A model generated the notes under the pieces. The model did not search any database and was not told where the DNA came from. It saw only the letters and a program-made list of their open reading frames with translations. A stretch of DNA of 64,000 bases, taken from the NCBI RefSeq assembly GCF_048403405.1, contig NZ_CP183129.1. One strand, 5' to 3'. Every line of letters starts with the position of its first letter. Within the stretch, counting starts at the first letter, position 1. Shown here piece after piece: positions 30,693 to 50,733 of this stretch. The stretch is from Escherichia coli (GTDB lineage Bacteria; Pseudomonadota; Gammaproteobacteria; Enterobacterales; Enterobacteriaceae). Both the position numbers and the translations under genes were made by a program.

Positions 30693-31403
30693 CTATCCTT
30701 CATTTTTTGGGTGAGTAAGTGGGCTGCGGCGCGAAGCAGACAGATCCACATGTTTGTGTCGAGCATAGAGTTTGGCGAGCTGGACGAGAATAAACAGCGC
30801 CAGGCCCGCCAGACAGAGTTGTAAAATAAAGCGCAGCGTAATGCCTTCATTGGCGAGATCGCTTGCCATCACGGTATAAATAACAATACCGGGCAGAGTC
30901 GTAAGTGCTGAAATAAGGGTATAAGGCCAGAAGGCGATTGTGGTTAATCCGTAAGCGTAATTTTGAATATTGTAAGGAAACAACGGGATTAAGCGGGTCA
31001 GAATAAGAAAATCAATACCGTTACGCGCAATGCCTTTCTCAATGGCCTGGAAGGTATGGCTATGGCCAACGTATTTCAGCAGTAAATCACGTCCCAGCCA
31101 GCGCGCCAGCAGGAATGAGCACGAGGAGGCCAGCGTGGCGGCAATTAATGATAGTAGTGTCCCTAAGAGCGGGCCAAAAACTATTCCTCCAGCGATCACC
31201 AGTATGCTTCCTGGTAACAGAAAGAGGGTGGCAATGATGAATAACAGAATATAGAGGCTATAACCGAACAATCCGCTCTGGCGAATGAGTGTCAGTAAAT
31301 GAGGTAAATCGGTGAGCAGCTCGAATAAACCGAAAGCGTGGAAAGCGTAAATGACCAGCGCAAAAATAAGACAGGCAAAAAGAAATTTACGCTCAGCGTT
31401 CAT
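30693..31403 (-). CDS. ydjX: DedA/TVP38 family inner-membrane protein
   Basis: 236 aa from MNAERKFLF; paralogous in fold to YdjZ. Confidence 0.75.
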   Translation of the reverse strand: MNAERKFLFACLIFALVIYAFHAFGLFELLTDLPHLLTLIRQSGLFGYSLYILLFIIATLFLLPGSILVIAGGIVFGPLLGTLLSLIAATLASSCSFLLARWLGRDLLLKYVGHSHTFQAIEKGIARNGIDFLILTRLIPLFPYNIQNYAYGLTTIAFWPYTLISALTTLPGIVIYTVMASDLANEGITLRFILQLCLAGLALFILVQLAKLYARHKHVDLSASRRSPLTHPKNEG

Positions 31404-31569
31404 TGTGGAGTTTCCTATATCAAACTTGATAATAGAGAAGTGGTCAGACAACTAAAAACGCAGTGACGGTATAACAAAGGGCGGCAGGCAACAAATCATT
31501 ACTGACAGTTTGTTGATTTTTCTCAAGGTTAATTCTCCTGACCCAGTTTGAGCCAGGAGAACAGCTAAA

Positions 31570-32376
31570 TTAGCGGCGGAAGGTCGCCCAGACGGGGGCG
31601 TGATCGGACGGTTTTTCCATGCTGCGGATTTCATAGTCGATGCCGGTTTCTACGCAACATTCTGCCAGCGGTTGGCTGGCGAGAAGCAGGTCGATACGCA
31701 GACCGCGGTTATCGTCAAAACCTTTTGAGCGGTAATCAAACCATGAGAAACGATCGGCTGTTTGCGGATTCGCATGGCGGAAGGTATCGACCAACCCCCA
31801 GCTCATCAGTCTCTCCATCCATTCGCGTTCTTCCGGAAGGAAAGAGCATTTTCCGGTACGCAGCCAGCGCTTACGGTTCTCTTCGCCAATGCCAATATCC
31901 AGGTCGCCAGGACTGATATTCATATCGCCCATAATCAGCACCGGATTTTCACGCTTGAGTTCGGTTTCCAGGTAGTTTTGCAGATTCTGATAAAACTGCG
32001 CCTTTGCCGGGAATTTTATCGGATGGTCGCGGCTTTCACCCTGCGGGAAGTAACCGTTGATCACGGTGACATTACCCAGCGGTGAGGGGATTTCCGCCAT
32101 AATAATCCGCCGCTGCGCCTCTTCGTCGTCACCGGGAAAACCGCGACGCACGGCAATCGGCGTCTCTTTGGTCAGCAGCGCCACGCCATAATGGCCTTTC
32201 TGCCCGTGATAAAACACGTTGTAGCCGAGCTTCGCCACCTCTTCGAGTGGAAACATATCGTCATGAACTTTTGTCTCCTGCAGGCCAATCACATCCGGCT
32301 GGTGCTTTTCGACGATGGCTTCAAGCTGGTGAGGTCTGGCGCGCAGGCCGTTGATATTAAAAGAGACAAATTTCAT
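31570..32376 (-). CDS. xthA: exodeoxyribonuclease III (AP endonuclease)
   Basis: 268 aa from [17 protein letters not shown]-family nuclease motifs. Confidence 0.95.
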   Translation of the reverse strand: MKFVSFNINGLRARPHQLEAIVEKHQPDVIGLQETKVHDDMFPLEEVAKLGYNVFYHGQKGHYGVALLTKETPIAVRRGFPGDDEEAQRRIIMAEIPSPLGNVTVINGYFPQGESRDHPIKFPAKAQFYQNLQNYLETELKRENPVLIMGDMNISPGDLDIGIGEENRKRWLRTGKCSFLPEEREWMERLMSWGLVDTFRHANPQTADRFSWFDYRSKGFDDNRGLRIDLLLASQPLAECCVETGIDYEIRSMEKPSDHAPVWATFRR

Positions 32377-32733
32377 AGTCGCTGCCATTTATTCAGATAA
32401 AGAGTGCGTGGATGGTAGCAGAATTTCGCTTTGCTTACCGCCTGTTGTTAAGTGATTTGATCGATGGTTGTTAATGATGTCAACGATGGCGCAAAAAATG
32501 CCCGCTTTTGGTGCGCGCTGCGTCAGAATGGCGCAGTAATTTCCAGTAAATTTCGTCAATGATCACAATTCCAGAATTATATTTTACTTCTGCATAACAT
32601 TGCGTTTTTTATTCTTTTTATTCACCCATATCGCAAACGTATTCACTTTATATGCACTTTAAATGCATATGGTTTGGTTATAACTCCTTGATTTCCAGTT
32701 AGCCACCGCGGTTTATGCACTTTTATCACTGGC

Positions 32734-32749
32734 TGGCACGAACCCTGCA
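32734..32749 (+). promoter_or_regulatory. sigma54 (-24/-12) promoter of the ast operon
   Basis: TGGCACG-N4-CTGCA at 32734-32749, about 75 bp upstream of astC, close match to TGGCACG-N4-TTGCW. Confidence 0.7.
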
Positions 32750-32785
32750 ATCTACATTTACAGCGCAAACATTACTTATTATTAA

Positions 32786-38849
<6,064 letters not shown>

Positions 38850-39178
38850 TACTTACCCGCAGAAATCATTCTGCGGGTATTAAGTTACTTTCTTATAAAT
38901 TAATACAGATTAATCCTGGTTATTTGCTTTATTAATCACCAGTCATCCGGTATAGTTCTTCATAATCTCTGCAAAATCATCGTGTTGTAATATTCTCTCA
39001 TTACTCTCCATCAAATTTTCTTTTTTTCTCCATAATTGGCGCAAAAGTGTTTTTTACACTTTCATTGTTTTACCGTTGCTCTGATTAATTGACGCTAAAG
39101 TCAGTAAAGTTAATCTCGTCAACACGGCACGCTACTTAAGAAAGCCGTAATAAATAACTGAAAGGAAGGATATAGAAT

Positions 39179-39664
39179 ATGCGTAAATTAACTGCACTGT
39201 TTGTTGCCTCTACCCTGGCTCTTGGCGCGGCTAACCTGGCCCATGCCGCAGACACCACTACCTCAGCACCGGCTGACGCGAAGCCGATGATGCACCACAA
39301 AGGCAAGTTCGGTCCGCATCAGGACATGATGTTCAAAGACCTGAACCTGACCGACGCGCAGAAACAGCAGATCCGCGAAATCATGAAAGGCCAGCGTGAC
39401 CAGATGAAACGTCCGCCGCTGGAAGAACGCCGCGCAATGCATGACATCATTGCCAGCGATACCTTCGATAAAGCAAAAGCTGAAGCGCAGATCGCAAAAA
39501 TGGAAGAACAGCGCAAAGCTAACATGCTGGCGCACATGGAAACCCAGAACAAGATTTACAACATCCTGACGCCGGAACAGAAAAAGCAATTTAATGCTAA
39601 TTTTGAGAAGCGTCTGACAGAACGTCCAGCGGCAAAAGGTAAAATGCCTGCAACTGCTGAATAA
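39179..39664 (+). CDS. spy: periplasmic ATP-independent chaperone Spy
   Basis: 161 aa with signal peptide and two LTxxQ motifs (LNLTDAQKQQI, LTPEQKKQF). Confidence 0.9.
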   Translation: MRKLTALFVASTLALGAANLAHAADTTTSAPADAKPMMHHKGKFGPHQDMMFKDLNLTDAQKQQIREIMKGQRDQMKRPPLEERRAMHDIIASDTFDKAKAEAQIAKMEEQRKANMLAHMETQNKIYNILTPEQKKQFNANFEKRLTERPAAKGKMPATAE

Positions 39665-39686
39665 TCTTTCAGCCAAAAAACTTAAG

Positions 39687-39750
39687 ACCGCCGGTCTTGT
39701 CCACTACCTTGCAGTAATGCGGTGGACAGGATCGGCGGTTTTCTTTTTTG
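39687..39750 (+). terminator. rho-independent terminator after spy (long GC-rich stem followed by T run)
   Basis: inverted repeat ACCGCCGGTCTTGTCCAC...GTGGACAGGATCGGCGGT then TTTTCTTTTTT. Confidence 0.65.
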
Positions 39751-39788
39751 TTCTCAAACAGATGCAAAAAAAGCCTGATCGCCACTAA

Positions 39789-41289
<1,501 letters not shown>

Positions 41290-41441
41290 TGTTGACTCCG
41301 AATGCTGGTTATCTATCCAGTGTAACAGGCGGGGAGCGATTAAAAAAGAGGCGGGTCGATGACAAAGGTTACACCGTGAGACGTGCTACGCCTGTCAGTC
41401 CTATTCGACTCATGCAATATATTGAATTTGCCTAGTTTTGT

Positions 41442-41479
41442 GGGGCGAATAAGGCGTTCACGCCGCATCCGGCGTGAAC
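41442..41479. repeat. REP element between cho and nadE
   Basis: reverse complement reads GCCGGATGCGGCGTGAACGCCTTATTCGCCCC, near-identical to E. coli REP consensus. Confidence 0.7.
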
Positions 41480-41518
41480 AAAGTACTCTTTTTCGCACAA
41501 ACCAATATGTGCAAATTA

Positions 41519-42346
41519 TTACTTTTTCCAGAAATCATCGAAAACGGTAATTGGCGGACGGCGTTTATGTTCGGTTTTCAGATACCAGTTCTCTATTGTT
41601 CTGGCGACCTGTTCAGGTAGGTTTTTCCCTTCCAGATAGTCGTCGATATTGTCATAGGTCACGCCGAGTGCCACTTCATCTGGCAGAGAAGGGCGATCAT
41701 CTTCCAGATCGGCCGTTGGGGCTTTCTTATAAAGGTGTTCCGGGCAACCTAATGCCGCCAGTAACTGTTTACCCTGGCGTTTGTTGAGACGATACAGCGG
41801 ATTAATGTCCGTACCGCCGTCACCATATTTAGTGAAGAATCCGGTAATGGCTTCTGCTGCATGATCGGTGCCCACCACGACACCGCTGGTCATACCCGCA
41901 ATGCTATATTGTGCTTTCATCCGCTCACGCGCTTTTTCATTGCCACGGACAAAATCGCTCAGTTCAATGCCTGCTTCCCGCAATGCCTGCTCGCTAGCCA
42001 ATACCGCGCCCTTGATATTAACGGTTAATACGCGATCCGGTTGAATAAAGGCAATGGCATCCTGGCAATCTTGTTCGTCGGCCTGAACACCATAGGGCAG
42101 GCGTACGGCAATAAATTGCAGTGATTCGTTGCCGGTCTCCTGGCGCAGCTCATTAATCGTCATCTGGCACAGCTTTCCGGCAAGCGTGGAGTCCTGACCG
42201 CCGCTGATCCCGAGCACCAATGATTTAATGAACGGATAAGTTTGCAGGTAGCTTTTCAGAAAATCGACACTACGACGAATTTCCTCTTCAGCATTAATCT
42301 GCGGTTTTGCGCCCAGCGCCTTTATTATTTGTTGTTGCAATGTCAT
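41519..42346 (-). CDS. nadE: NH3-dependent NAD+ synthetase
   Basis: 275 aa; PP-loop motif SGGQDS. Confidence 0.9.
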   Translation of the reverse strand: MTLQQQIIKALGAKPQINAEEEIRRSVDFLKSYLQTYPFIKSLVLGISGGQDSTLAGKLCQMTINELRQETGNESLQFIAVRLPYGVQADEQDCQDAIAFIQPDRVLTVNIKGAVLASEQALREAGIELSDFVRGNEKARERMKAQYSIAGMTSGVVVGTDHAAEAITGFFTKYGDGGTDINPLYRLNKRQGKQLLAALGCPEHLYKKAPTADLEDDRPSLPDEVALGVTYDNIDDYLEGKNLPEQVARTIENWYLKTEHKRRPPITVFDDFWKK

Positions 42347-42547
42347 TGAACCCCTCCAGACAGAAAAGACAAAACTTCCTTAAAGCTAACCCGTTGCTAC
42401 TGAAACGACAAGCGACAGCGGGCTGAATGGTGGTTAAAACGTCATACAGGAATCCTCTGAAAGCGGAGCCGTTTCGTTCACGGGCTTGAAAAAGCGCCCA
42501 ATGTATTCCAGGCTTATCTAACACGCTGATAAACAAGAGGACGGAAT

Positions 42548-42886
42548 ATGAACAAGAATATGGCAGGAATTCTGAGTGCAGCGGCGGTATTAACCATGCT
42601 GGCGGGTTGTACGGCTTATGATCGTACCAAAGACCAGTTTGTACAGCCTGTGGTGAAAGACGTCAAAAAAGGCATGAGCCGGGCGCAGGTTGCACAAATT
42701 GCAGGTAAACCTTCGTCTGAAGTGAGCATGATCCATGCTCGTGGTACTTGCCAGACCTACATCCTGGGTCAACGTGATGGTAAAGCAGAAACCTACTTTG
42801 TCGCGTTAGATGATACCGGGCATGTCATCAACTCCGGTTATCAGACCTGTGCTGAATACGACACTGATCCACAGGCTGCGAAGTAA
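42548..42886 (+). CDS. osmE: osmotically inducible lipoprotein E
   Basis: 112 aa; lipobox LAGC after signal peptide. Confidence 0.85.
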
Positions 42887-42916
42887 TCACTTCGCCTGAA
42901 AGCTTGAGTTACAACG

Positions 42917-42945
42917 GAAACCGGCCATTGCGCCGGTTTTTTTTG
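42917..42945 (+). terminator. rho-independent terminator after osmE
   Basis: hairpin AACCGGC-CATTGC-GCCGGTT followed by T8. Confidence 0.8.
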
Positions 42946-42986
42946 GCCTGAGTTCTTAATTATCTTCGCGAATTATTTGCCCGAAA

Positions 42987-43002
42987 TGTGAAGAGGGTCA
43001 TA
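42987..43002. promoter_or_regulatory. CRP-binding-site-like sequence in chb promoter region
   Basis: TGTGA-N6-TCATA (9/10 match to TGTGA-N6-TCACA); adjacent TTCGCGAA palindrome at 42965-42972 resembles a NagC-type operator core. Confidence 0.45.
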
Positions 43003-43184
43003 ACCGCAGGTCAAGGAGAGACAATTTATAAGGTCAAAGAAATACTATTGCTCAGGTCTATACCGTATACTCCTTTCAGCCACAAAAAAAGTCATGTTGG
43101 TTTCGCAAGTTACCCAGAGCATGGAAGCAGGTTAAGGCTTGCGGAGTGTCTGGCTGACAGATAATCGTCGATGAGGGCAGTTTT

Positions 43185-43505
43185 ATGGAAAAGAAACACA
43201 TTTATCTGTTTTGTTCTGCGGGCATGTCTACCTCTTTACTGGTATCAAAAATGCGCGCACAGGCAGAAAAATATGAAGTTCCGGTCATTATTGAAGCATT
43301 TCCGGAAACACTGGCTGGTGAAAAAGGTCAGAATGCCGATGTCGTGTTATTAGGGCCGCAGATTGCTTATATGTTGCCCGAAATCCAGCGTTTGTTACCC
43401 AACAAACCGGTTGAAGTAATTGACTCGCTGCTTTATGGCAAAGTCGATGGTTTAGGCGTGCTTAAGGCTGCGGTTGCAGCGATTAAAAAAGCCGCAGCAA
43501 ATTAA
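43185..43505 (+). CDS. chbB: PTS chitobiose/cellobiose-type EIIB component
   Basis: 106 aa; phosphorylatable Cys in [12 protein letters not shown]. Confidence 0.9.
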   Translation: MEKKHIYLFCSAGMSTSLLVSKMRAQAEKYEVPVIIEAFPETLAGEKGQNADVVLLGPQIAYMLPEIQRLLPNKPVEVIDSLLYGKVDGLGVLKAAVAAIKKAAAN

Positions 43506-43589
43506 TTTATTTTAAATTTTCCCGTCAAAGAGTTATTTCATAAATCAATACCGCAATATTTAAATTGCGGTTTTTAAGGGTATTTTTCT

Positions 43590-44948
43590 ATGAGTAATGT
43601 TATTGCATCGCTTGAAAAGGTACTCCTCCCTTTTGCAGTTAAAATAGGAAAGCAGCCACACGTTAATGCAATCAAAAATGGCTTTATTCGCTTAATGCCG
43701 TTAACCCTTGCGGGGGCCATGTTTGTATTAATTAACAACGTTTTTCTAAGCTTTGGGGAGGGGTCGTTTTTTTATTCCTTAGGTATTCGCCTGGATGCCT
43801 CAACCATTGAAACACTTAATGGTCTGAAAGGTATTGGCGGCAACGTATATAACGGAACATTAGGGATAATGTCTTTAATGGCACCGTTCTTTATTGGCAT
43901 GGCGCTGGCAGAAGAGCGTAAAGTCGATGCGCTGGCGGCTGGGTTGTTATCCGTTGCAGCATTTATGACCGTCACCCCATATAGTGTCGGTGAGGCCTAT
44001 GCGGTTGGCGCAAACTGGTTAGGTGGGGCGAATATCATCTCCGGGATTATTATTGGCCTGGTGGTGGCAGAAATGTTTACCTTTATTGTCCGCCGCAATT
44101 GGGTCATTAAATTGCCCGATAGCGTACCTGCTTCAGTATCGCGTTCCTTCTCGGCTTTAATTCCCGGCTTTATTATTCTTTCCGTGATGGGGATTATTGC
44201 CTGGGCGTTGAATACCTGGGGCACCAACTTCCATCAGATCATTATGGATACCATCTCAACCCCACTGGCATCGTTGGGTAGCGTGGTGGGCTGGGCCTAT
44301 GTGATCTTTGTTCCACTGCTCTGGTTCTTCGGTATTCATGGTGCGCTGGCGCTGACCGCACTGGACAACGGCATTATGACGCCTTGGGCGCTGGAAAATA
44401 TCGCGACCTATCAGCAATATGGTTCCGTCGAAGCGGCGCTGGCAGCCGGTAAGACCTTCCATATCTGGGCCAAGCCGATGCTGGACTCCTTTATTTTCCT
44501 CGGTGGCAGTGGTGCGACTTTAGGCCTGATCCTGGCTATCTTTATCGCCTCTCGCCGTGCTGATTATCGTCAGGTGGCAAAACTGGCGCTGCCGTCCGGC
44601 ATCTTCCAGATTAACGAACCGATTCTGTTTGGTCTGCCAATTATCATGAACCCGGTGATGTTTATCCCGTTTGTACTGGTACAACCGATTCTGGCGGCAA
44701 TCACCCTCGCAGCGTACTACATGGGCATTATTCCTCCGGTGACCAATATTGCACCGTGGACCATGCCAACCGGTCTGGGAGCCTTCTTTAATACCAACGG
44801 TAGCGTCGCCGCATTGCTGGTCGCACTCTTCAACCTTGGCATCGCAACGTTAATTTATCTGCCCTTTGTTGTGGTCGCTAACAAAGCACAAAATGCGATT
44901 GATAAAGAAGAGAGCGAAGAAGATATCGCTAACGCCCTGAAATTTTAA
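43590..44948 (+). CDS. chbC: PTS lactose/cellobiose-family EIIC permease
   Basis: 452 aa polytopic membrane protein between IIB and IIA genes. Confidence 0.9.
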
Positions 44949-44998
44949 TCGATGCCGGTACGGGTAATCGTGCCGGTAAGAAAAGAGAGGAACGATGT

Positions 44999-45349
44999 AT
45001 GATGGATCTCGATAACATTCCCGATACGCAAACGGAAGCTGAAGAGCTGGAAGAAGTGGTGATGGGGCTTATCATCAACTCCGGACAAGCGCGCAGCCTG
45101 GCGTATGCGGCACTGAAACAGGCGAAGCAGGGCGATTTTGCCGCAGCAAAAGCCATGATGGATCAGTCACGGATGGCATTGAATGAAGCGCATCTGGTAC
45201 AGACGAAACTGATTGAAGGCGATGCGGGTGAAGGTAAGATGAAAGTGAGTCTGGTGCTGGTCCACGCTCAGGATCATTTAATGACGTCCATGCTTGCGCG
45301 TGAACTGATTACTGAATTAATTGAGCTTCATGAAAAACTGAAGGCATAA
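44999..45349 (+). CDS. chbA: PTS EIIA component (lactose/cellobiose family)
   Basis: 116 aa helical IIA-type ORF. Confidence 0.9.
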   Translation: MMDLDNIPDTQTEAEELEEVVMGLIINSGQARSLAYAALKQAKQGDFAAAKAMMDQSRMALNEAHLVQTKLIEGDAGEGKMKVSLVLVHAQDHLMTSMLARELITELIELHEKLKA

Positions 45350-45356
45350 GGAGTCG

Positions 45357-46199
45357 ATGATGCAGCCAGTGATTAACGCGCCGGAAATTGCTACTGCCCG
45401 AGAACAGCAGTTGTTTAATGGCAAAAACTTCCATGTGTTTATCTATAACAAAACTGAGAGTATCAGCGGACTGCATCAGCACGACTATTATGAATTTACT
45501 CTGGTATTAACCGGGCGTTATTTCCAGGAGATTAACGGTAAGCGCGTGTTACTGGAACGGGGCGATTTTGTTTTTATTCCGTTAGGTTCGCACCATCAAA
45601 GTTTTTATGAGTTTGGTGCCACGCGCATATTGAACGTTGGGATCAGTAAACGCTTTTTTGAGCAGCATTACCTGCCGTTGTTGCCTTATTGCTTTGTAGC
45701 TTCGCAGGTATACCGGACCAATAACGCTTTTCTCACCTATGTGGAAACAGTGATTTCTTCATTGAATTTCCGCGAAACAGGGCTGGAAGAGTTTGTTGAG
45801 ATGGTTACTTTTTATGTCATTAACCGTTTACGTCATTACCGCGAAGAACAGGTGATTGATGATGTACCGCAGTGGCTGAAAAGTACGGTAGAAAAGATGC
45901 ATGATAAAGAGCAGTTTAGTGAATCGGCGCTGGAGAATATGGTGACGTTGTCAGCCAAATCACAGGAATATTTGACGCGAGCGACTCAACGATATTATGG
46001 CAAAACACCAATGCAGATTATTAATGAGATTCGTATTAATTTTGCCAAAAAACAACTGGAAATGACCAACTATTCCGTGACGGATATTGCGTTTGAGGCC
46101 GGTTATAGTAGCCCGAGCTTGTTTATTAAAACGTTTAAAAAATTAACGTCCTTTACGCCTAAGAGCTATCGTAAGAAATTGACTGAATTTAATCAGTAA
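45357..46199 (+). CDS. chbR: AraC-family dual regulator of the chb operon
   Basis: 280 aa; N-terminal cupin-like domain and C-terminal AraC HTH. Confidence 0.85.
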   Translation: MMQPVINAPEIATAREQQLFNGKNFHVFIYNKTESISGLHQHDYYEFTLVLTGRYFQEINGKRVLLERGDFVFIPLGSHHQSFYEFGATRILNVGISKRFFEQHYLPLLPYCFVASQVYRTNNAFLTYVETVISSLNFRETGLEEFVEMVTFYVINRLRHYREEQVIDDVPQWLKSTVEKMHDKEQFSESALENMVTLSAKSQEYLTRATQRYYGKTPMQIINEIRINFAKKQLEMTNYSVTDIAFEAGYSSPSLFIKTFKKLTSFTPKSYRKKLTEFNQ

Positions 46200-46301
46200 G
46201 TCGTTATACCTGACAATTCACATATCTGTCCTGTTGCTGGATTATTTATGTCCGGGGGCAGATATGCCAGATATCAGTATTCTGTACTGAAGGGAGAAAT
46301 T

Positions 46302-47654
46302 ATGAGCCAGAAATTAAAAGTCGTCACTATTGGTGGCGGGAGCAGCTATACCCCGGAGTTACTGGAAGGATTTATTAAGCGTTATCACGAATTGCCGGTC
46401 AGCGAATTATGGCTGGTGGATGTCGAAGGTGGTAAAGCTAAACTGGATATTATTTTTGATCTCTGCCAACGGATGATTGATAACGCTGGCATCCCGATGA
46501 AGCTATATAAAACGCTGGATCGCCGCGAAGCATTGAAAGATGCTGATTTCGTTACTACCCAACTGCGCGTAGGCCAATTACCGGCGCGCGAACTGGATGA
46601 ACGTATTCCATTAAGTCATGGTTATCTTGGTCAGGAAACCAACGGCGCGGGCGGTCTGTTTAAAGGTCTGCGTACCATTCCGGTGATTTTTGACATCGTA
46701 AAAGATGTCGAAGAACTTTGTCCGAATGCATGGGTGATTAACTTCACTAACCCGGCGGGAATGGTCACTGAAGCCGTTTATCGTCATACCGGATTTAAAC
46801 GCTTTATCGGCGTGTGTAATATTCCGATCGGCATGAAGATGTTTATTCGCGATGTTCTGATGCTGAAAGACAGCGATGATTTATCTATCGATCTGTTCGG
46901 CCTCAACCATATGGTGTTCATTAAGGATGTGCTGGTAAATGGCAAATCTCGCTTTGCCGAATTACTTGATGGTGTGGCATCCGGGCAGTTAAAAGCATCT
47001 GGCGTTAAAAATATTTTCGATCTGCCATTTAGCGAAGGCTTAATTCGTTCTCTGAATCTGTTGCCGTGTTCTTATTTGCTTTATTACTTCAAGCAAAAAG
47101 AGATGCTGGCTATTGAAATGGGCGAATACTACAAAGGCGGCGCACGAGCACAGGTAGTACAGAAAGTCGAGAAACAACTTTTTGAGCTGTATAAAAACTC
47201 GGAGTTGAAAGTTAAGCCGAAAGAACTGGAACAGCGCGGTGGGGCTTATTACTCTGATGCAGCGTGCGAAGTGATCAACGCTATCTACAACGACAAGCAA
47301 GCTGAACATTACGTTAATATCCCGCATCATGGGCATATTGATAATATTCCGGCAGACTGGGCGGTAGAAATGACCTGTACGCTGGGGCGCGATGGCGCGA
47401 CGCCACATCCGCGCATTACGCATTTCGATGATAAAGTGATGGGGCTGATTCACACCATTAAAGGCTTCGAGATTGCTGCCAGCAACGCTGCACTTAGCGG
47501 AGAATTTAACGATGTGTTACTGGCGCTAAACCTTAGTCCGTTGGTGCATTCCGATCGCGATGCTGAGCTGCTGGCACGCGAGATGATTCTGGCGCACGAG
47601 AAATGGCTGCCAAATTTTGCCGACTGCATCGCAGAGCTTAAAAAAGCACATTAA
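46302..47654 (+). CDS. chbF: NAD- and Mn-dependent 6-phospho-beta-glucosidase (GH4)
   Basis: 450 aa from MSQKLKVVTIGGGSSYTPEL (GH4 N-terminal NAD-binding motif); AGGGAG SD upstream. Confidence 0.9.
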   Translation: MSQKLKVVTIGGGSSYTPELLEGFIKRYHELPVSELWLVDVEGGKAKLDIIFDLCQRMIDNAGIPMKLYKTLDRREALKDADFVTTQLRVGQLPARELDERIPLSHGYLGQETNGAGGLFKGLRTIPVIFDIVKDVEELCPNAWVINFTNPAGMVTEAVYRHTGFKRFIGVCNIPIGMKMFIRDVLMLKDSDDLSIDLFGLNHMVFIKDVLVNGKSRFAELLDGVASGQLKASGVKNIFDLPFSEGLIRSLNLLPCSYLLYYFKQKEMLAIEMGEYYKGGARAQVVQKVEKQLFELYKNSELKVKPKELEQRGGAYYSDAACEVINAIYNDKQAEHYVNIPHHGHIDNIPADWAVEMTCTLGRDGATPHPRITHFDDKVMGLIHTIKGFEIAASNAALSGEFNDVLLALNLSPLVHSDRDAELLAREMILAHEKWLPNFADCIAELKKAH

Positions 47655-48425
<771 letters not shown>

Positions 48426-48435
48426 GTAAGGTGGT

Positions 48436-48463
48436 AAGGTCACTCCCCAGGGGGCGTGACCTT
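48436..48463. terminator. bidirectional terminator-like hairpin between convergent chbG and katE
   Basis: inverted repeat AAGGTCACTCCCC / GGGGGCGTGACCTT. Confidence 0.5.
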
Positions 48464-48471
48464 ATCCATAT

Positions 48472-50733
48472 TTACGCCGGAATTTTGTCAATCTTAGGAA
48501 TGCGTGACCACACGCGGTGTGCTGCCATCAGCGTTAACAGTTCATCCATAAAACTACCATCGGCGCTGTCAGCTTCCACAATCCCTTCTTCACCCTGGTC
48601 AGCGACCTTGATTGTTGCTTTAAACTTGCGCGCGTCTCCTGCCAGCGCAATCGGTTTAAGGTGTTTGTAGGCTTCCATCAGGTAGTAGTTGGCATCGCCG
48701 TTGTCAGCGATATCCGCGATATTGCCGCAAGGGACAATAACCGCATCGACCGTCAGCGAAGGCGCTCCGGCAAAGGTAGCAGCTATAGGCAGCACCGTAC
48801 CGTCATCCGCAGTCACTTCACCCATTCGGGAGTAGAGCAGTTTGGCATGAACGCCTTTGGCCTTCAGCGCCTTGAGAATGGTCATAAGGTCTGCCGATCT
48901 CACTTCATCATTAAGCAAAATCGCTACCACGCGACCTTTTACATCACCGTCAGGAATGGCGTACAGACTTAAGGATGGATCCTTTTTCAGACCGTTGACG
49001 TCCGGAGGCGGGGAGATATTCAGCTGGTCGTCAGTCAGTTCGATACCGAGATTTTTCGCCACCGCCTGGGCCAGAGTGAGATCAATATGCGCCAGCTGGT
49101 CAACAACGCGCTCACGAATATACGGCCGAACTACTTTGCTTAATTCAAAACTGAAACCATCGACAATATGGCGCTGCTCGAATGGCGTCTGACTTAGCCA
49201 GAACAGACGCGGATGGGAATAATATTCGCCAAACGATGGACTGCGCTCGCGAACTTTATTGCCTTCCACGCGTTCCTGGTATGATTCAAAACCGCCACGT
49301 TTCGGCCCCGGCGGTGTTTCGCGCGGCCAGTTATCGTTGATCGAGTTCGGTTCGTAATTCGCCGGGTTAGTGTCGATCCCCATACGATGCATGCCGTCAC
49401 GCTGGAAATTATGGTAAGGGCAGGTCGGGCGGTTAATCGGAATCTCATGGAAATTTGGTCCGCCAAGACGACTGATTTGTGTATCGGTATAAGAGAACAA
49501 ACGCCCCTGCAACAGCGGATCGTTGGTGAAATCCAGACCGGGGACAATATGCCCAGGATGGAAAGCCGCCTGTTCGTTTTCGGCAAAGAAGTTATCCGGG
49601 TTGCGATTGAGCACCATTTTGCCAACACGCTGAACGGGTACCAGTTCTTCCGGGATGAGTTTGGTTGGATCGAGAAGATCGAAGTCAAACTTGAATTCAT
49701 CTTCTTCAGGAATCAACTGGAAGCCCAGTTCGTATTCCGGAAAATCGCCTGCTTCGATGGCTTCCCACAACTCGCGGCGGTGGAAGTCCGGGTCACGTCC
49801 GGTTAGTTTTTGTGCTTCATCCCAAACGAGTGAGGCTTTACCTGCCAGTGGTTTCCAGTGGAAACGTACGAACGTTGCCTTCCCTTCGGCATTAATCAGG
49901 CGGAAGGTGTGAATACCGAAGCCTTCCATGGTGCGGTAACTGCGCGGTATACCGCGATCCGACATCGCCCACATCACGTTGTGCAGAGTTTCAGGTTGCA
50001 GAGAAACATAATCCCAGAAAGTATCGTGGGCGCTTTGCCCTTGTGGAATTGCCCAATGCGGTTCTGGTTTTACCGCATGAACAAAATCGGGGAATTTATG
50101 CGCATCCTGGATAAAGAAGATTGGCGTGTTATTGCCAACGAGGTCAAAAATACCCTCTTCGGTATAGAACTTGGTGGCAAAGCCACGGATATCACGCACG
50201 GTATCGGCAGAGCCAGCACCACCCTGAACGGTAGAGAAACGTACAAATACTGGGGTGATTTTGTTCGGATCTGAGAGGAAATCCGCTTTGGTGATATCGC
50301 TTAAGCTTTTATATGGCTGGAAATAACCGTGAGCGGCTGATCCGCGTGCATGAACAATACGTTCCGGGATGCGCTCATGGTCAAAGTGAGTGATTTTCTC
50401 GCGCAGAATAAAATCTTCCAGCAGCGTTGGACCACGGCTACCGGCACGCAGTGAGTTTTGATCATCGGCGATGCGCACGCCCTGATTAGTGGTCAGCGCA
50501 AAATTTTCACTGCCTTTGCGTACGTCTTCCAGAGAATTAAGTTTTTCGTTACGCGTATCAGGGGCTTTCAGGCTCCCAGGGGCGGTAGGTTGTGCACCTG
50601 GCGGTGTTGGTTCAGCCGCTGGACGATGAGATCCGTCTTCAGGTGCCAGTGAGTCCATCCCCGGTTTCGCTTCGCTGGAATCGTGTAGTGGTGACTGGTG
50701 CTGATGTGGGTTCTTTTCGTTATGTTGCGACAT
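48472..50733 (-). CDS. katE: catalase HPII (large-subunit monofunctional catalase)
   Basis: 753 aa; catalase core plus C-terminal flavodoxin-like domain; AAGGAGAC SD. Confidence 0.95.
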   Translation of the reverse strand: MSQHNEKNPHQHQSPLHDSSEAKPGMDSLAPEDGSHRPAAEPTPPGAQPTAPGSLKAPDTRNEKLNSLEDVRKGSENFALTTNQGVRIADDQNSLRAGSRGPTLLEDFILREKITHFDHERIPERIVHARGSAAHGYFQPYKSLSDITKADFLSDPNKITPVFVRFSTVQGGAGSADTVRDIRGFATKFYTEEGIFDLVGNNTPIFFIQDAHKFPDFVHAVKPEPHWAIPQGQSAHDTFWDYVSLQPETLHNVMWAMSDRGIPRSYRTMEGFGIHTFRLINAEGKATFVRFHWKPLAGKASLVWDEAQKLTGRDPDFHRRELWEAIEAGDFPEYELGFQLIPEEDEFKFDFDLLDPTKLIPEELVPVQRVGKMVLNRNPDNFFAENEQAAFHPGHIVPGLDFTNDPLLQGRLFSYTDTQISRLGGPNFHEIPINRPTCPYHNFQRDGMHRMGIDTNPANYEPNSINDNWPRETPPGPKRGGFESYQERVEGNKVRERSPSFGEYYSHPRLFWLSQTPFEQRHIVDGFSFELSKVVRPYIRERVVDQLAHIDLTLAQAVAKNLGIELTDDQLNISPPPDVNGLKKDPSLSLYAIPDGDVKGRVVAILLNDEVRSADLMTILKALKAKGVHAKLLYSRMGEVTADDGTVLPIAATFAGAPSLTVDAVIVPCGNIADIADNGDANYYLMEAYKHLKPIALAGDARKFKATIKVADQGEEGIVEADSADGSFMDELLTLMAAHRVWSRIPKIDKIPA

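Noticed and set aside
30689-30850. 54-codon N-terminal extension of ydjY and 16-codon extension of ydjX
   Set aside because: Extensions overlap the upstream gene and lack signal-peptide character; internal Met sites have SD sequences and give a lipoprotein signal peptide (ydjY).
39263-39676. 137-aa minus-strand ORF antisense to spy
   Set aside because: Completely overlaps spy; low-complexity translation; spy has clear signal peptide and LTxxQ motifs on the other strand.
41290-41420. Possible LexA box upstream of cho
   Set aside because: Looked for CTGT-N8-ACAG; found only partial matches (e.g. ACTGTTGACTCCGAATG), so not called despite cho being an SOS gene.
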